Origin: Gemmatimonadota bacterium
GTDB lineage: Bacteria > Gemmatimonadota > Gemmatimonadetes > Gemmatimonadales > Gemmatimonadaceae
DNA: 64,000 bases
Direction: 5' to 3'
Assembly (NCBI GenBank): GCA_040389905.1
Contig: JAZJZK010000015.1
Location: forward strand, 1 to 64,000
Shown: positions 48,901 to 56,042 of the stretch, piece after piece
How positions within the stretch are numbered: position 1 is the first letter of the stretch
How the letters are laid out: every line of letters begins with the position of its first letter
The notes under the pieces: generated by a model
What the model saw: the letters and a program-made list of their open reading frames with translations, nothing else
Database searches by the model: none
Told to the model about the DNA's origin: nothing
Position numbers and translations under genes: made by a program

Positions 48901-49554
48901 TCACTGCCATGCACTGAAGTGGTGGGCGTGGCACAGGATGCGCCGCGCGCGAGCCTGCTCGACCGCGAGAACATGCAGTACTACGTTCCCGCAGCGCAGT
49001 ACCAACCGAACGTACCACACAGTGCGCTCTTCGTGCGGACGAGCGGAGATCCGTCGCGTGTTACGCAAGTGGTGCGACGTGAGCTGCAGTCGATTTCGCC
49101 TGAACTCGCGGTCGCAGAGGTGCGGCCGTTGTGGGAGATGGCGGCGCGCGAGACGCGTCCGTTCAAGCTTGGCGCCACGTTGTTCTCGGTGTTCGGCGCG
49201 CTTGCCATGATCGTCGCGTCGATCGGACTTTATAGCGTATTGTCCTTCTCGGTTGCTCGTCGCACGCGTGAGTTTGGTATTCGTGCGGCGATGGGAGCGA
49301 CGATGCGGGACGTCGTCACGCTGGTGCTTGCAGGGGGAATGCGGCTTGTCGCGATCGGGTTGGTGATCGGGTTCGGGCTCGCGCTGGTGGCTGGGCGTTG
49401 GATTGCGCCGCTGCTGTATCACACGTCGCCGTACAGTCTCTCTGTGTTTGCGTCGGTGGGTGGACTGCTGCTCGTGTCCGCGGTGCTCGCGTGCCTGCTG
49501 CCGGCGTGGAGAGCGACGAAGGTGGTGCCGATGGAGGCGCTGCGGGCAGAGTAG
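45970..49554 (+). CDS. Fusion protein: XRE-HTH + Hanks Ser/Thr kinase + duplicated MacB/FtsX (ADOP-type) permease
   Basis: One uninterrupted ORF: HTH (ISQNHWAIRLGLSKGHLSSLL), kinase (GQGGMGTV, VAIK, HCDVKPAN, DFG, GTPAYVSPEQ) and permease (LTLGLGIGVN, CANVVNLLL, RTREFGIRAAMGA, PAWRATKVVPMEALRAE). Confidence 0.85.
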   Translation: MRIRLKLDQLELLLSRSQISQNHWAIRLGLSKGHLSSLLAGKYPYPSARTRERMLETLGVPFDALFTIEPGHELPEFAMQRELADHYLIDKQIGQGGMGTVWLARDIRLGRSVAIKIVNDEAVSSVGAGALLKEIIQTNRLQHPNVLSVFDAGEANGSPYYVMPYVRGGSLRDRLKRDERIPVGKVLSILSGLAGALDHAHTLGVLHCDVKPANVLLADDHAYLIDFGIGRVIHSEVWQGKPRGEYDAGAGTPAYVSPEQASGEPNLDPRTDVYSLACMTYEMLAGKQPFEGETTLATVAKRFTEAPPMLHEAAPYLPRELSDAICRGMAVDRNQRTQTAGAFLRDCQRAVAMAGSVVGVPVALRAVPVHSHAHLAERAVDTTMQNFRLALRSIRRAPAMAAAIALTLGLGIGVNAVMFGMIDRLFFRAPAHVVAPDEVRRVFIRTSFLGKNVARSSLSFPDLEDVRKVTSLRSAAGYFPTRLGFDRGRNAISIAAVMTTHDFFPLLGVRPQLGRFFDASEDMPGASGVVVLSDAFWKARFNGDSAVLGRVVPVGSGSYQVVGVAPSGFTGIDLQAVDLFLPLRSAANEAIQGDIEQSRNISWIRVIARLAPGVNTSRAESETFARISAAMASQAGDNSRHDLGVALAPVLNARGPLATLDAKISLWLGAVSVILLIITCANVVNLLLVRHMHREGEFALCSALGASRHRVLAQLAAESIVLSVLAALVGVLLAQWAGALLARFLLPGVPVESLIANGRMMLFTAIVALVGGLLAGLIPAFATSKPDIAGALRLGRGGSHARASRLRSGLLVFQASLSVVLLVGGGLFVQSMNRMRGMDAGLDLDRLMIASVDLSGLRKTPQELAIIQSEAMARIERIPGVVSVTGTNAAPFATNIGISLSIPGRDSLPSVKSGGPYINAVGANYFRNVGTRIVKGRAFTDDDRAGTPRVAVVGETMARMIWPSESALGKCMKVGGDSLPCTEVVGVAQDAPRASLLDRENMQYYVPAAQYQPNVPHSALFVRTSGDPSRVTQVVRRELQSISPELAVAEVRPLWEMAARETRPFKLGATLFSVFGALAMIVASIGLYSVLSFSVARRTREFGIRAAMGATMRDVVTLVLAGGMRLVAIGLVIGFGLALVAGRWIAPLLYHTSPYSLSVFASVGGLLLVSAVLACLLPAWRATKVVPMEALRAE

Positions 49555-49563
49555 AACAAGCGG

Positions 49564-49821
49564 CTATCGCGACTGCGCCGTCTGTTCCGCCAACACTGTG
49601 CGGAATACTTCGACGGCTCTTTTCATCTCAGGCATCGTCCCGAAAAATGTGCGGATGAAGGCGCGCGCTTCACGGTTCTTTCGCTGCTCGTCGGCAATGT
49701 GCTGCTTGTCGGTAATGGCCCACTTGGCAGCGACCAGCGCCAAGCAGGTAGCCGGCGCGAAGGCCGGCCATGCCGAACACCTTCGAGAACGTCCGCTCGA
49801 ATGGCTGGCGTCAGCGATCAT
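49564..49821 (-). CDS. Possible small or decayed cassette ORF
   Basis: Begins 16 bp after the attC core site; no motif recognised. Confidence 0.3.
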   Translation of the reverse strand: MIADASHSSGRSRRCSAWPAFAPATCLALVAAKWAITDKQHIADEQRKNREARAFIRTFFGTMPEMKRAVEVFRTVLAEQTAQSR

Positions 49822-49836
49822 TGAAAGTGTTCGGCC

Positions 49837-49900
49837 GCATAACGCTCGGGTGCAGCGGCGGGCCCCGTAGCGGGCCGTCCGCTACAACCCGTTGTTAGCC
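49837..49900 (-). mobile_element. Integron attC site (apparently intact, 64 bp)
   Basis: On the minus strand: GGCTAAC-AACGG-GTTGTAGC...GCTGCAC-CCGAGC-GTTATGC. The upstream gene's TAA lies within the inverse core. Confidence 0.75.
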
Positions 49901-50455
49901 GCGCATGCGCCGGTAGTGCATAGCGACTGCGCCGTTGCGGAGCGGCGTCGACGAAACCAGCTCGAGCCGTCGCGTGCTGGGTAGCCCGCTCTGGTACAGC
50001 GTCGGTCCGTGACCGGCGATCCTTGGGTGGACGAGGAACTTGTACTCATCGATCAGATCCAGCCGGTCCAGCTCGGCCGCGAGCGTGCCGCTCCCGAGGA
50101 GCACGCCGGCAGGGGTCGCATCCTTAAGTCTCTGCACGCTCGAGCGCACGTCGCCGGGGATGTGGTGGCTGTTGGTCCACGGGAAGTTCGTTCGCGTCGA
50201 TGACACCACATACTTCGGCTTGGCCTCCAGCTTGACGGCCCAGTCGCGCATCGCCGGCGGCGCCTCCTCGTGGCCGCGAGCGACCGCCGGCCAGTAGCCC
50301 TCCATCATCTCGTAGGTGACGCGGCCCCACAACATCGCCCCGCTCTCGTCCATCAGGCGGGTGAAGAACGCGTGTGTCTCGTCGTCGGCGATTCCCTCCT
50401 GGTGGTCGACGCAGCCGTCCAGGGTGACATTGAGGCTGAAGGTAAGACGTCCCAT
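49895..50455 (-). CDS. Dihydrofolate reductase-like protein (RibD C-terminal family), cassette-borne
   Basis: NVTLDG, WGRVTYEMM, KYVVSST and LDLIDEY..VHPRIAGHG motifs. Confidence 0.85.
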   Translation of the reverse strand: MGRLTFSLNVTLDGCVDHQEGIADDETHAFFTRLMDESGAMLWGRVTYEMMEGYWPAVARGHEEAPPAMRDWAVKLEAKPKYVVSSTRTNFPWTNSHHIPGDVRSSVQRLKDATPAGVLLGSGTLAAELDRLDLIDEYKFLVHPRIAGHGPTLYQSGLPSTRRLELVSSTPLRNGAVAMHYRRMRG

Positions 50456-50485
50456 GCGAGTCGACTCCGAGTTGGACGCTCCGCG

Positions 50486-51820
50486 TCAGCGTAAGTACGG
50501 TGCGAGGTTCCCGGCAATCGCTCGGAACTCCGCGGAGTCGAGTGGTAGGAGATGAAACGTCTCCCAAGCCTTTCCTGGTGATTCGACGCCGTCGACCGCG
50601 AACAGCATCCGCCCGATTCCGATCTGCCGGATTCGCCGAACAATGAGCTGAGTCGTGGCGGCCGGCAAACCGGGGCTCGCGATCGCCGCGAGATCGAAGT
50701 ACAGATTCGCCGTCCGTCGGTCGCCCGACGCGATCGCCTCGGCGAATACGCTCAGGGCCTGGTCCGTTGCGTCGTCGTATCCGCCCCAGCCCGCCAAGTG
50801 CGCGATCTGCACAGGGACGTCAGGGGCTTCGGCAAGGACGTCTCGCAGAAAGATCTCCGCGTCGGCACGTCCATATGCGGGGTTCATCGTGCGCATGTGG
50901 ACGATAATCGGATAGCGCCGCGCGTTCGCCGACCGGAAAATGGCACGCAGCCGATCAACGTGTGCCCGATTCCGCAGATCGACGAAGGAGGTGGTGAAGT
51001 GCATCTTCACGCCCGTCATGCGCGGGTCTCTCATGCAACGGTCGAGCTCCTCGAGGGCGTACTCTTTCAGCGGATTGAAGCTGCAGAAACCGACGAGCCG
51101 ACTTGGATAGCGGGCTACCTGTTCGGCGACCCAGTCGTTTTCAGCGCGCACGCGCGCCACTTCGTTCTCGATCCGCCGGTACGCTGCTCCGTACATATAG
51201 GCATTCGATAGCGCCACGCCGCGCCGCATGCCCGCAGAATCGAGCTGTGCGATGAGGTCACCGGCGGAAAACGGATCGCGGTCTGGGGGTCGCGGGGGAG
51301 TGGTGTTGCCAAGGCGGGCAACGGTGATTTGCCATGGCGCGTCTTTGGCTCGGCGCACGGTGAGAACGTACCGGCCCTGGTCGACCCACGTGGTGTCGCG
51401 ATAGAAACCGTACGCACCGGCAATGTAGCCGAGCCGTTCGTCCGTTTCGAACGCTTGCGGGCGCATCCGAAGACCGCCGGCCCGACCCACCAACATCATG
51501 CGAATCGCCGGCCGTCCCTGAATCCAGTCATCTCCCCATTGGAGGATCCCATCCTCGGCGAATACTTCCGACAGTGCGATCTTGTTGTCCGCGGCCTGCC
51601 AGCCGCGCTCGAATTCGCGAAGCACGCGGTCGAGATCATTGGGTAGCGTGACGAATGGGAGCTGCGCGTTGAACAACTCCCAATCCGCGCGGCTCTGCAG
51701 ATGGACGTGGTGGTCGGCGATGGGACGCACCGCAGGCGTGACCTGCGCGCGAAGAGGCTGCCCCGCTCGCGCGAGCGTCACGGCGAGGAGCAGGCCGACG
51801 TAGCGAGAGAGGAGTCTCAT
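50486..51820 (-). CDS. Exported amidohydrolase-family protein with an inserted NTF2/DUF4440-like domain
   Basis: DHHVHL, ENDWVA, GVKMH, IIVH, IAHLAG and MLFAVD; insert FAEDG..GRPAIR..GRYVLTVRR..WQI. Confidence 0.75.
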   Translation of the reverse strand: MRLLSRYVGLLLAVTLARAGQPLRAQVTPAVRPIADHHVHLQSRADWELFNAQLPFVTLPNDLDRVLREFERGWQAADNKIALSEVFAEDGILQWGDDWIQGRPAIRMMLVGRAGGLRMRPQAFETDERLGYIAGAYGFYRDTTWVDQGRYVLTVRRAKDAPWQITVARLGNTTPPRPPDRDPFSAGDLIAQLDSAGMRRGVALSNAYMYGAAYRRIENEVARVRAENDWVAEQVARYPSRLVGFCSFNPLKEYALEELDRCMRDPRMTGVKMHFTTSFVDLRNRAHVDRLRAIFRSANARRYPIIVHMRTMNPAYGRADAEIFLRDVLAEAPDVPVQIAHLAGWGGYDDATDQALSVFAEAIASGDRRTANLYFDLAAIASPGLPAATTQLIVRRIRQIGIGRMLFAVDGVESPGKAWETFHLLPLDSAEFRAIAGNLAPYLR

Positions 51821-51863
51821 CGGTCGCACTTGAATCGAGCGTGAGGGTAAAAGCGTTTGGTCG

Positions 51864-51930
51864 GCCTAAACGCCCAAGTTCACTTGCAAAGGAACACAAG
51901 GAACACACAAAACGCGAGCGCAGCGAGCTA
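51864..51930 (-). mobile_element. Partial attC site (core-side arm and central hairpin)
   Basis: On the minus strand it ends CAAGTGAACTTGGGC-GTTTAGGC just before the amidohydrolase gene; central GCGAGCGCAGCGAGC. Confidence 0.5.
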
Positions 51931-51938
51931 CCAGAGCG

Positions 51939-52060
51939 GTGTGCCCAGCATGATAATCGACTTGGAGGTGAAAGTCCTCTGGGAAGTTGGTTGCAACGAC
52001 CCGAGTGAACCGCAAAGGCGGAGAATCGCGAGTGACTCGCTGAAAGCAGTAGGGCGCAAG
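51939..52060 (+). mobile_element. Group II intron 5' fragment (domain I start, class C-like); no RT ORF
   Basis: Begins GTGTGCCCAGCATG (GUGYG 5' consensus), then the GGAGGTGAAAGTCCTC GNRA-type stem, AACCGCAAAGG and CTGAAAGCAG. Confidence 0.6.
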
Positions 52061-52267
52061 ATCGCGCTGTGCGGCGGAGCTGGACGCCGCCGACGATCGG
52101 CTCCTCGCGCTGGCGAACGACCATCCCGCCGTGACGCGACTCCGTTCGATGCTACGTATCGGCCCGATCACGGCGCAGCCGCCGCCACCGAAACGTGCAC
52201 GTCTGCCGCAACGAGTCTTATACAGCGCTGCACTCGAGGTTGTCGTCATTGTCCGGCGACGAGGAGC

Positions 52268-52780
52268 CTATTTCCGAGAGCGCCCGGCGCCTCGTGGGCG
52301 ACACACACGTGCAGCAAGATCCCTCCGGACGGACAGATCCCAAGCGCCGTTCGCGGCCCGGCTCGTTGATGGAGCGACGAAGAGCACGGTGCGACCGAGG
52401 CGGGCGGGCTGAACGCCGTACTCGATCTCCTGGCGCCGAAAGAATTCCTGCGCGGCGCGCTTCCCGTTGAAGCACAGATACCACGGCTGGTAGCTCATGA
52501 TCTTCCTGCGGAACGTTAGCGCATCAGCGATAGTGAACTGGAGGTCACGATCGCTGCCCGACTGATGCTTGACGAGATCCGTCAGGCCGATGCCGAAGCT
52601 CAGTAGACGCTCAAAGTCCGCCGGGACGAGTCGTTCGGGCGTCAAGCCAACATCTGCGAGCGTGGGCCAGAAGCGATTGCCTGGCCCCGCGTAGTACTGG
52701 CCGAGCTGCGCGGACGGTGTGCCAGCGCCCGTTCCGAAGGCAACGAGGTTCAGATGCCGCGCAAGCAGATCGGGAAGCAT
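52268..52780 (-). CDS. mug: Mismatch-specific uracil-DNA glycosylase (MUG/TDG family)
   Basis: LPDLL, YYAGPGNRFW, GIGLTDLVK, FNGKRAA and APSTS motifs. Confidence 0.8.
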   Translation of the reverse strand: MLPDLLARHLNLVAFGTGAGTPSAQLGQYYAGPGNRFWPTLADVGLTPERLVPADFERLLSFGIGLTDLVKHQSGSDRDLQFTIADALTFRRKIMSYQPWYLCFNGKRAAQEFFRRQEIEYGVQPARLGRTVLFVAPSTSRAANGAWDLSVRRDLAARVCRPRGAGRSRK

Positions 52781-52854
52781 CGAGAAGAAATGGGTGCTGT
52801 ATGACGCCTCAAGCAAAGCTTCAAGGCTTCCAACAAAATGCGAGCGAAGCGAGC

Positions 52855-53145
52855 TTCCGCACATTGCCGCATCGGACCCAGAGAACGCGAGGCGGTGGGC
52901 CACGCTGATCGAGCAGGCGGACGAAATCGTCATCCCTTGGTGATCACTACGTCAGCCGCAGTCCGAGCCGCCTCGAAGATCGGCGGATCATCCGCTTGGT
53001 GGAGCCCGAGCGTCTGCACGTGAATCGCGTCGATGCCGAATTCACGCCGGAGCCAGTGCGCCAAGGCGGGTGGCAACTGCGCATCCACCCAGACGCGCAA
53101 CCCCGACGGATCCGCGCCGCGGTCCTCGGTGGTGCTTCCCGTCAC
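52855..53145 (-). pseudogene. DUF5615 PIN-like toxin, frameshifted and truncated
   Basis: VDAQLPPALA..HV..D..I..VVITK, then an extra G (AAGGGAT, ~52935). The shifted frame continues DDDF..GPPPRVLWVRCGN before running into an attC-like remnant. Confidence 0.75.
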
Positions 53146-53388
53146 TCAGGCGGCCAGATGCGGATGGTCCAGGCGGCGGGCGGCATAGAGCAGGGACGCG
53201 GAAATGTCATCGGGCTCCAAATACGGATAGTCCGCGAGAATCTGCTCGTGCGATTCGCCGGCAGCCAAGAGCTCTAGCACATCGATGACGCGGATGCGCA
53301 TGCCGCGAATGCACGGGCGCCCCCCACATTGCTGGGGGTTGATCGTGATACGCTCGAGGAGCGAAGTGGGGTTCACGACGCTGGTCAT
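53146..53388 (-). CDS. DUF433 family antitoxin
   Basis: RITINPQQCGGRPCIRGMRIRVIDVLELLAAG..ILADYPYLE motif. Confidence 0.9.
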   Translation of the reverse strand: MTSVVNPTSLLERITINPQQCGGRPCIRGMRIRVIDVLELLAAGESHEQILADYPYLEPDDISASLLYAARRLDHPHLAA

Positions 53389-53524
53389 CAGAGTATCCGG
53401 TCAGGTGCCGACGACGGGTCTGGAAAAGATACGCAACCTGCAGGACTCGCGCCTAGGTGGGGCGGACGGCCGGCCGACTCAGCGTCACCCGATAGCGGCG
53501 AGGCGGCGCACCATCCCTACGTCA

Positions 53525-53830
53525 ATGTCCGTGGCCAAATAGAAGTTATGACTGGGCTGGCCTCCAACTTTCGCGTGGGTCAATTCCTCGCGCGTTGAGA
53601 CGAAGTCACCAGAGCCACCTGCGACGATTGTTCTGTCGCACCTTTACGGAGACCAACCCATGTCATCACTCGTTGCGGCAGGACCGACGGCTGTTGCGCG
53701 CCCTATGATCTACCTCGGCATGGAGGGCGCGCCTGGGCTCGATTACGAAGGCGGGCAATAGCCACTGCCGCCACGTGTTGATTCAAGCGGCGTGGAGCTA
53801 TCGGCATCGGCCGCAGATCAGCGTTGACCG
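53525..53830 (+). mobile_element. Internally deleted IS110-family element (leader plus transposase N- and C-terminal scraps)
   Basis: ATG 53660 (GGAG RBS) reads to IYLGM, the start of the RuvC-like YxGxD motif, and is joined out of frame to GSITKAGNSHCRHVLIQAAWSYRHRP from the C-terminal domain; structured upstream leader. Confidence 0.7.
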
Positions 53831-53925
53831 CAAAAAGTCGAGGTCCTTCACGCGGAGCGTCAATGACTCCATGAGCCGGAGCCCGGATCCATACATCAAC
53901 ATCACGGCGAGTCGCTTCGCCCGAC
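53822..53925 (-). pseudogene. intI: Integron integrase (IntI-like tyrosine recombinase) fragment
   Basis: RLAVMLMYGSGLRLMESLTLRVKDLDF matches the IntI box I consensus (LLYGxGLRxxExxxLRVKDxDF); next to attC sites. Confidence 0.7.
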
Positions 53926-54159
53926 GGACTGGGCGCAGCACCGCGGCGAATTCGATCCGTGCCAATACAACAGAACCCGGCGAGGACGAGAGGCAGGGTG
54001 ACGCCCTCCGGCGCCGCCAGCGGCGTCTTGCGCACATGGCGGCAATAGAATGCGGGCCGAGCGCGCCTGATGCTGCGTCGCTTCGGTGACACGTCCGCAA
54101 ATCGCCGGTGCCGTAAGAAAGGCGGCGACGGCGGTGAAATGATCAGGGCGACAATGTGC

Positions 54160-54888
54160 CTAACGCGTTGCAGCGTACGTCGAGCACATTGATCGCACGG
54201 GACACACGGCGCAGTGCGCAACACGCGCCGTACAAACCAGTGCCCCAAGCTCCATCAGCGCCTGATTGTGCGTCCACGTCGCCTTTCCGGTGCGAGGCAG
54301 CACGGCGCGCGCGATCGCCCATAAGGTCTTCTGGCCGGAGCCTGATTTGATTACGACGTCCGGTGCAAAGACTCGCTTCAGGACGCGCGCGACGTTCGTG
54401 TCGACAAGCTCCGCACGGCGCTCGTAGGCGAACGAGCTCACGGCGCCTGCGGTATAGGCACCCACGCCGGGCAACTCTCTAAGATCGGCGGCGTCGGGCG
54501 GAAGCACGCCGTAGACGTTTCGACCGCTGTCGGTCACGACCTTCGCCAACGCGTGAAGGTTCCGCGCTCTCGCATAGTAGCCGAGCCCCGACCACGCTTC
54601 GGTCACGCGCTTGGGGCGTGCGCGCGCGATGTCGTGGAGTGTTGGGAAAGTCTCGAGAAACTCCGCATACTTGGGCACGACGCGCGACACCTGCGTCTGT
54701 TGGAGCATCAACTCGGAGACGAGGATGTGATACGGATCGCGCGTCTTCCGCCATGGGAGATCGCGTCCATTCGCGCGGAACCAGCGACGAAGCGCGGCTC
54801 CAAACTTTAGTGCGCGCGCTGGGTCGACGACGACGGCGTCACCAGCGGCGCGCTTGCCGCGTGGCGTTCGCCTTACTGCGGAGTCCAC
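54160..54888 (-). CDS. mutY: A/G-specific adenine glycosylase, short form without the C-terminal NUDIX-like domain (start uncertain)
   Basis: RDLPWR, SELMLQQT, GLGYYARARNL, LPGVGAYTA, VDTNV and the Cx6Cx2Cx5C 4Fe-4S motif. Confidence 0.85.
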   Translation of the reverse strand: MDSAVRRTPRGKRAAGDAVVVDPARALKFGAALRRWFRANGRDLPWRKTRDPYHILVSELMLQQTQVSRVVPKYAEFLETFPTLHDIARARPKRVTEAWSGLGYYARARNLHALAKVVTDSGRNVYGVLPPDAADLRELPGVGAYTAGAVSSFAYERRAELVDTNVARVLKRVFAPDVVIKSGSGQKTLWAIARAVLPRTGKATWTHNQALMELGALVCTARVAHCAVCPVRSMCSTYAATR

Positions 54889-55526
54889 GATGGCGCGGAG
54901 GTGAACAAGCCGTCGACGAATCCGATGCGGTGTGCGAGGAACAACCCGAAGCCGATGCTTGCGACACCCGAGGCAATCCGCAAGGTGCGATTCAATCCGG
55001 CGAACTTGTGCGTCGCGAGGAGGGCCGGCGCGGCGATCGATGCGGTGATGAGCAGCATTCCGACAATCGTCCCCACGCCGAACACGCCGAGGTAGACCAT
55101 CGCCCAGAGTGGGTTGGGAATCAGCGCAACCTGCGGCAGCGTCGCGACGGCCGCGGAGCCAGCAAGGCCGTGCACGAAGCCCACCGTGAGTGGGCGCGCC
55201 GTGCTGTCGGCCACTCGCCGCTCGCCACCCGCGAGGGTAAGGAGGCCAAGGACGACAAGCATCACGGCGACGGCGAATTCCAAGGTGAGTCCGACGCGCG
55301 CGGGAATGGCGCTGAGCTGCACCTTGAGGACGATGATCGCGCCGCCGACAAGCACGATGGTCGCCGTGTGGCCGATGCCCCAGAGCATGCCGGTCCGCGC
55401 GGCACGCCATACGGACCTCTGCTGTGTGACGATCGTCGTGACGGCAACGACGTGATCCGGATCGGTAGCGTGGCGCATGCCGAGTAGGAACCCGAGCACG
55501 ACGACGGCGAGCAGGGCGCTCAGCAT
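54873..55526 (-). CDS. NicO/UreH-like nickel/cobalt permease
   Basis: GMRHATDPDH, WGIGH and GFVHGLAG motifs. Confidence 0.8.
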   Translation of the reverse strand: MLSALLAVVVLGFLLGMRHATDPDHVVAVTTIVTQQRSVWRAARTGMLWGIGHTATIVLVGGAIIVLKVQLSAIPARVGLTLEFAVAVMLVVLGLLTLAGGERRVADSTARPLTVGFVHGLAGSAAVATLPQVALIPNPLWAMVYLGVFGVGTIVGMLLITASIAAPALLATHKFAGLNRTLRIASGVASIGFGLFLAHRIGFVDGLFTSAPSWTPQ

Positions 55527-55538
55527 TCGATCAGCGGG

Positions 55539-55571
55539 AGGTGCGGGCCCTTCGCGTTGCTCAGGGCGACA
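55539..55571 (+). repeat. REP-like element, family A
   Basis: AGGTGCGGGCCCTTCGCGTTGCTCAGGGCGACA. Confidence 0.7.
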
Positions 55572-55581
55572 AAACGAACGG

Positions 55582-55995
55582 TCACAGCGGACGCGGATAG
55601 AAGCCGCGCGCCAACATCACACCCGCGAACGTGGCGAGAAGGGAAAGACCCACACTCGCCACGACATTCAGCGCGGCGAGACCGGTTCCGCCGTTCTCGA
55701 GCAACCCGATGGTATCGCCGCTGAACGACGAGAAGGTGGTATAGCCGCCACATAAACCGACGGCCAGCAACAGGCGGAGGTGCCGCGCGCCCTCACCATA
55801 TCGCGCGGACACGATCAGGATGACGCCGAGCAGGAAGGCACCCGTGACGTTCACCACGAGTGTGCCGATGGGGAAGGGCAGCCCGCCGCTCCGCGGCGCC
55901 CACGGGTCGAGCTGCCGTTGAACGACGTTGCCCACGATGTACCGAAGGACGCCTCCGGCAGCACTTCCGACTGCGATATAGATGTATGTCAGCAT
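55582..55995 (-). CDS. crcB: Fluoride efflux channel Fluc/CrcB
   Basis: GGVLRY, FPIGTLVVNVTG and GLCGGYTTFSSF motifs. Confidence 0.92.
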   Translation of the reverse strand: MLTYIYIAVGSAAGGVLRYIVGNVVQRQLDPWAPRSGGLPFPIGTLVVNVTGAFLLGVILIVSARYGEGARHLRLLLAVGLCGGYTTFSSFSGDTIGLLENGGTGLAALNVVASVGLSLLATFAGVMLARGFYPRPL

Positions 55996-56042
55996 GAGTG
56001 TGCTTTGCGCATTTCAGGGACGGAATCTAATCTCCTTCTACC

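Noticed and set aside
49895..50455. Trimethoprim-resistance dfr cassette
   Set aside because: The sequence fits the RibD C-terminal/DHFR-like family rather than DfrA or DfrB; resistance cannot be inferred.
54889..55410. Long N-terminal extension of MutY in the ORF track
   Set aside because: It is an off-frame read-through of the nickel permease gene.
55996..56042. Fluoride riboswitch upstream of crcB
   Set aside because: Only 47 bp separate the divergent genes and no GGCGATGG-type aptamer motif is visible.
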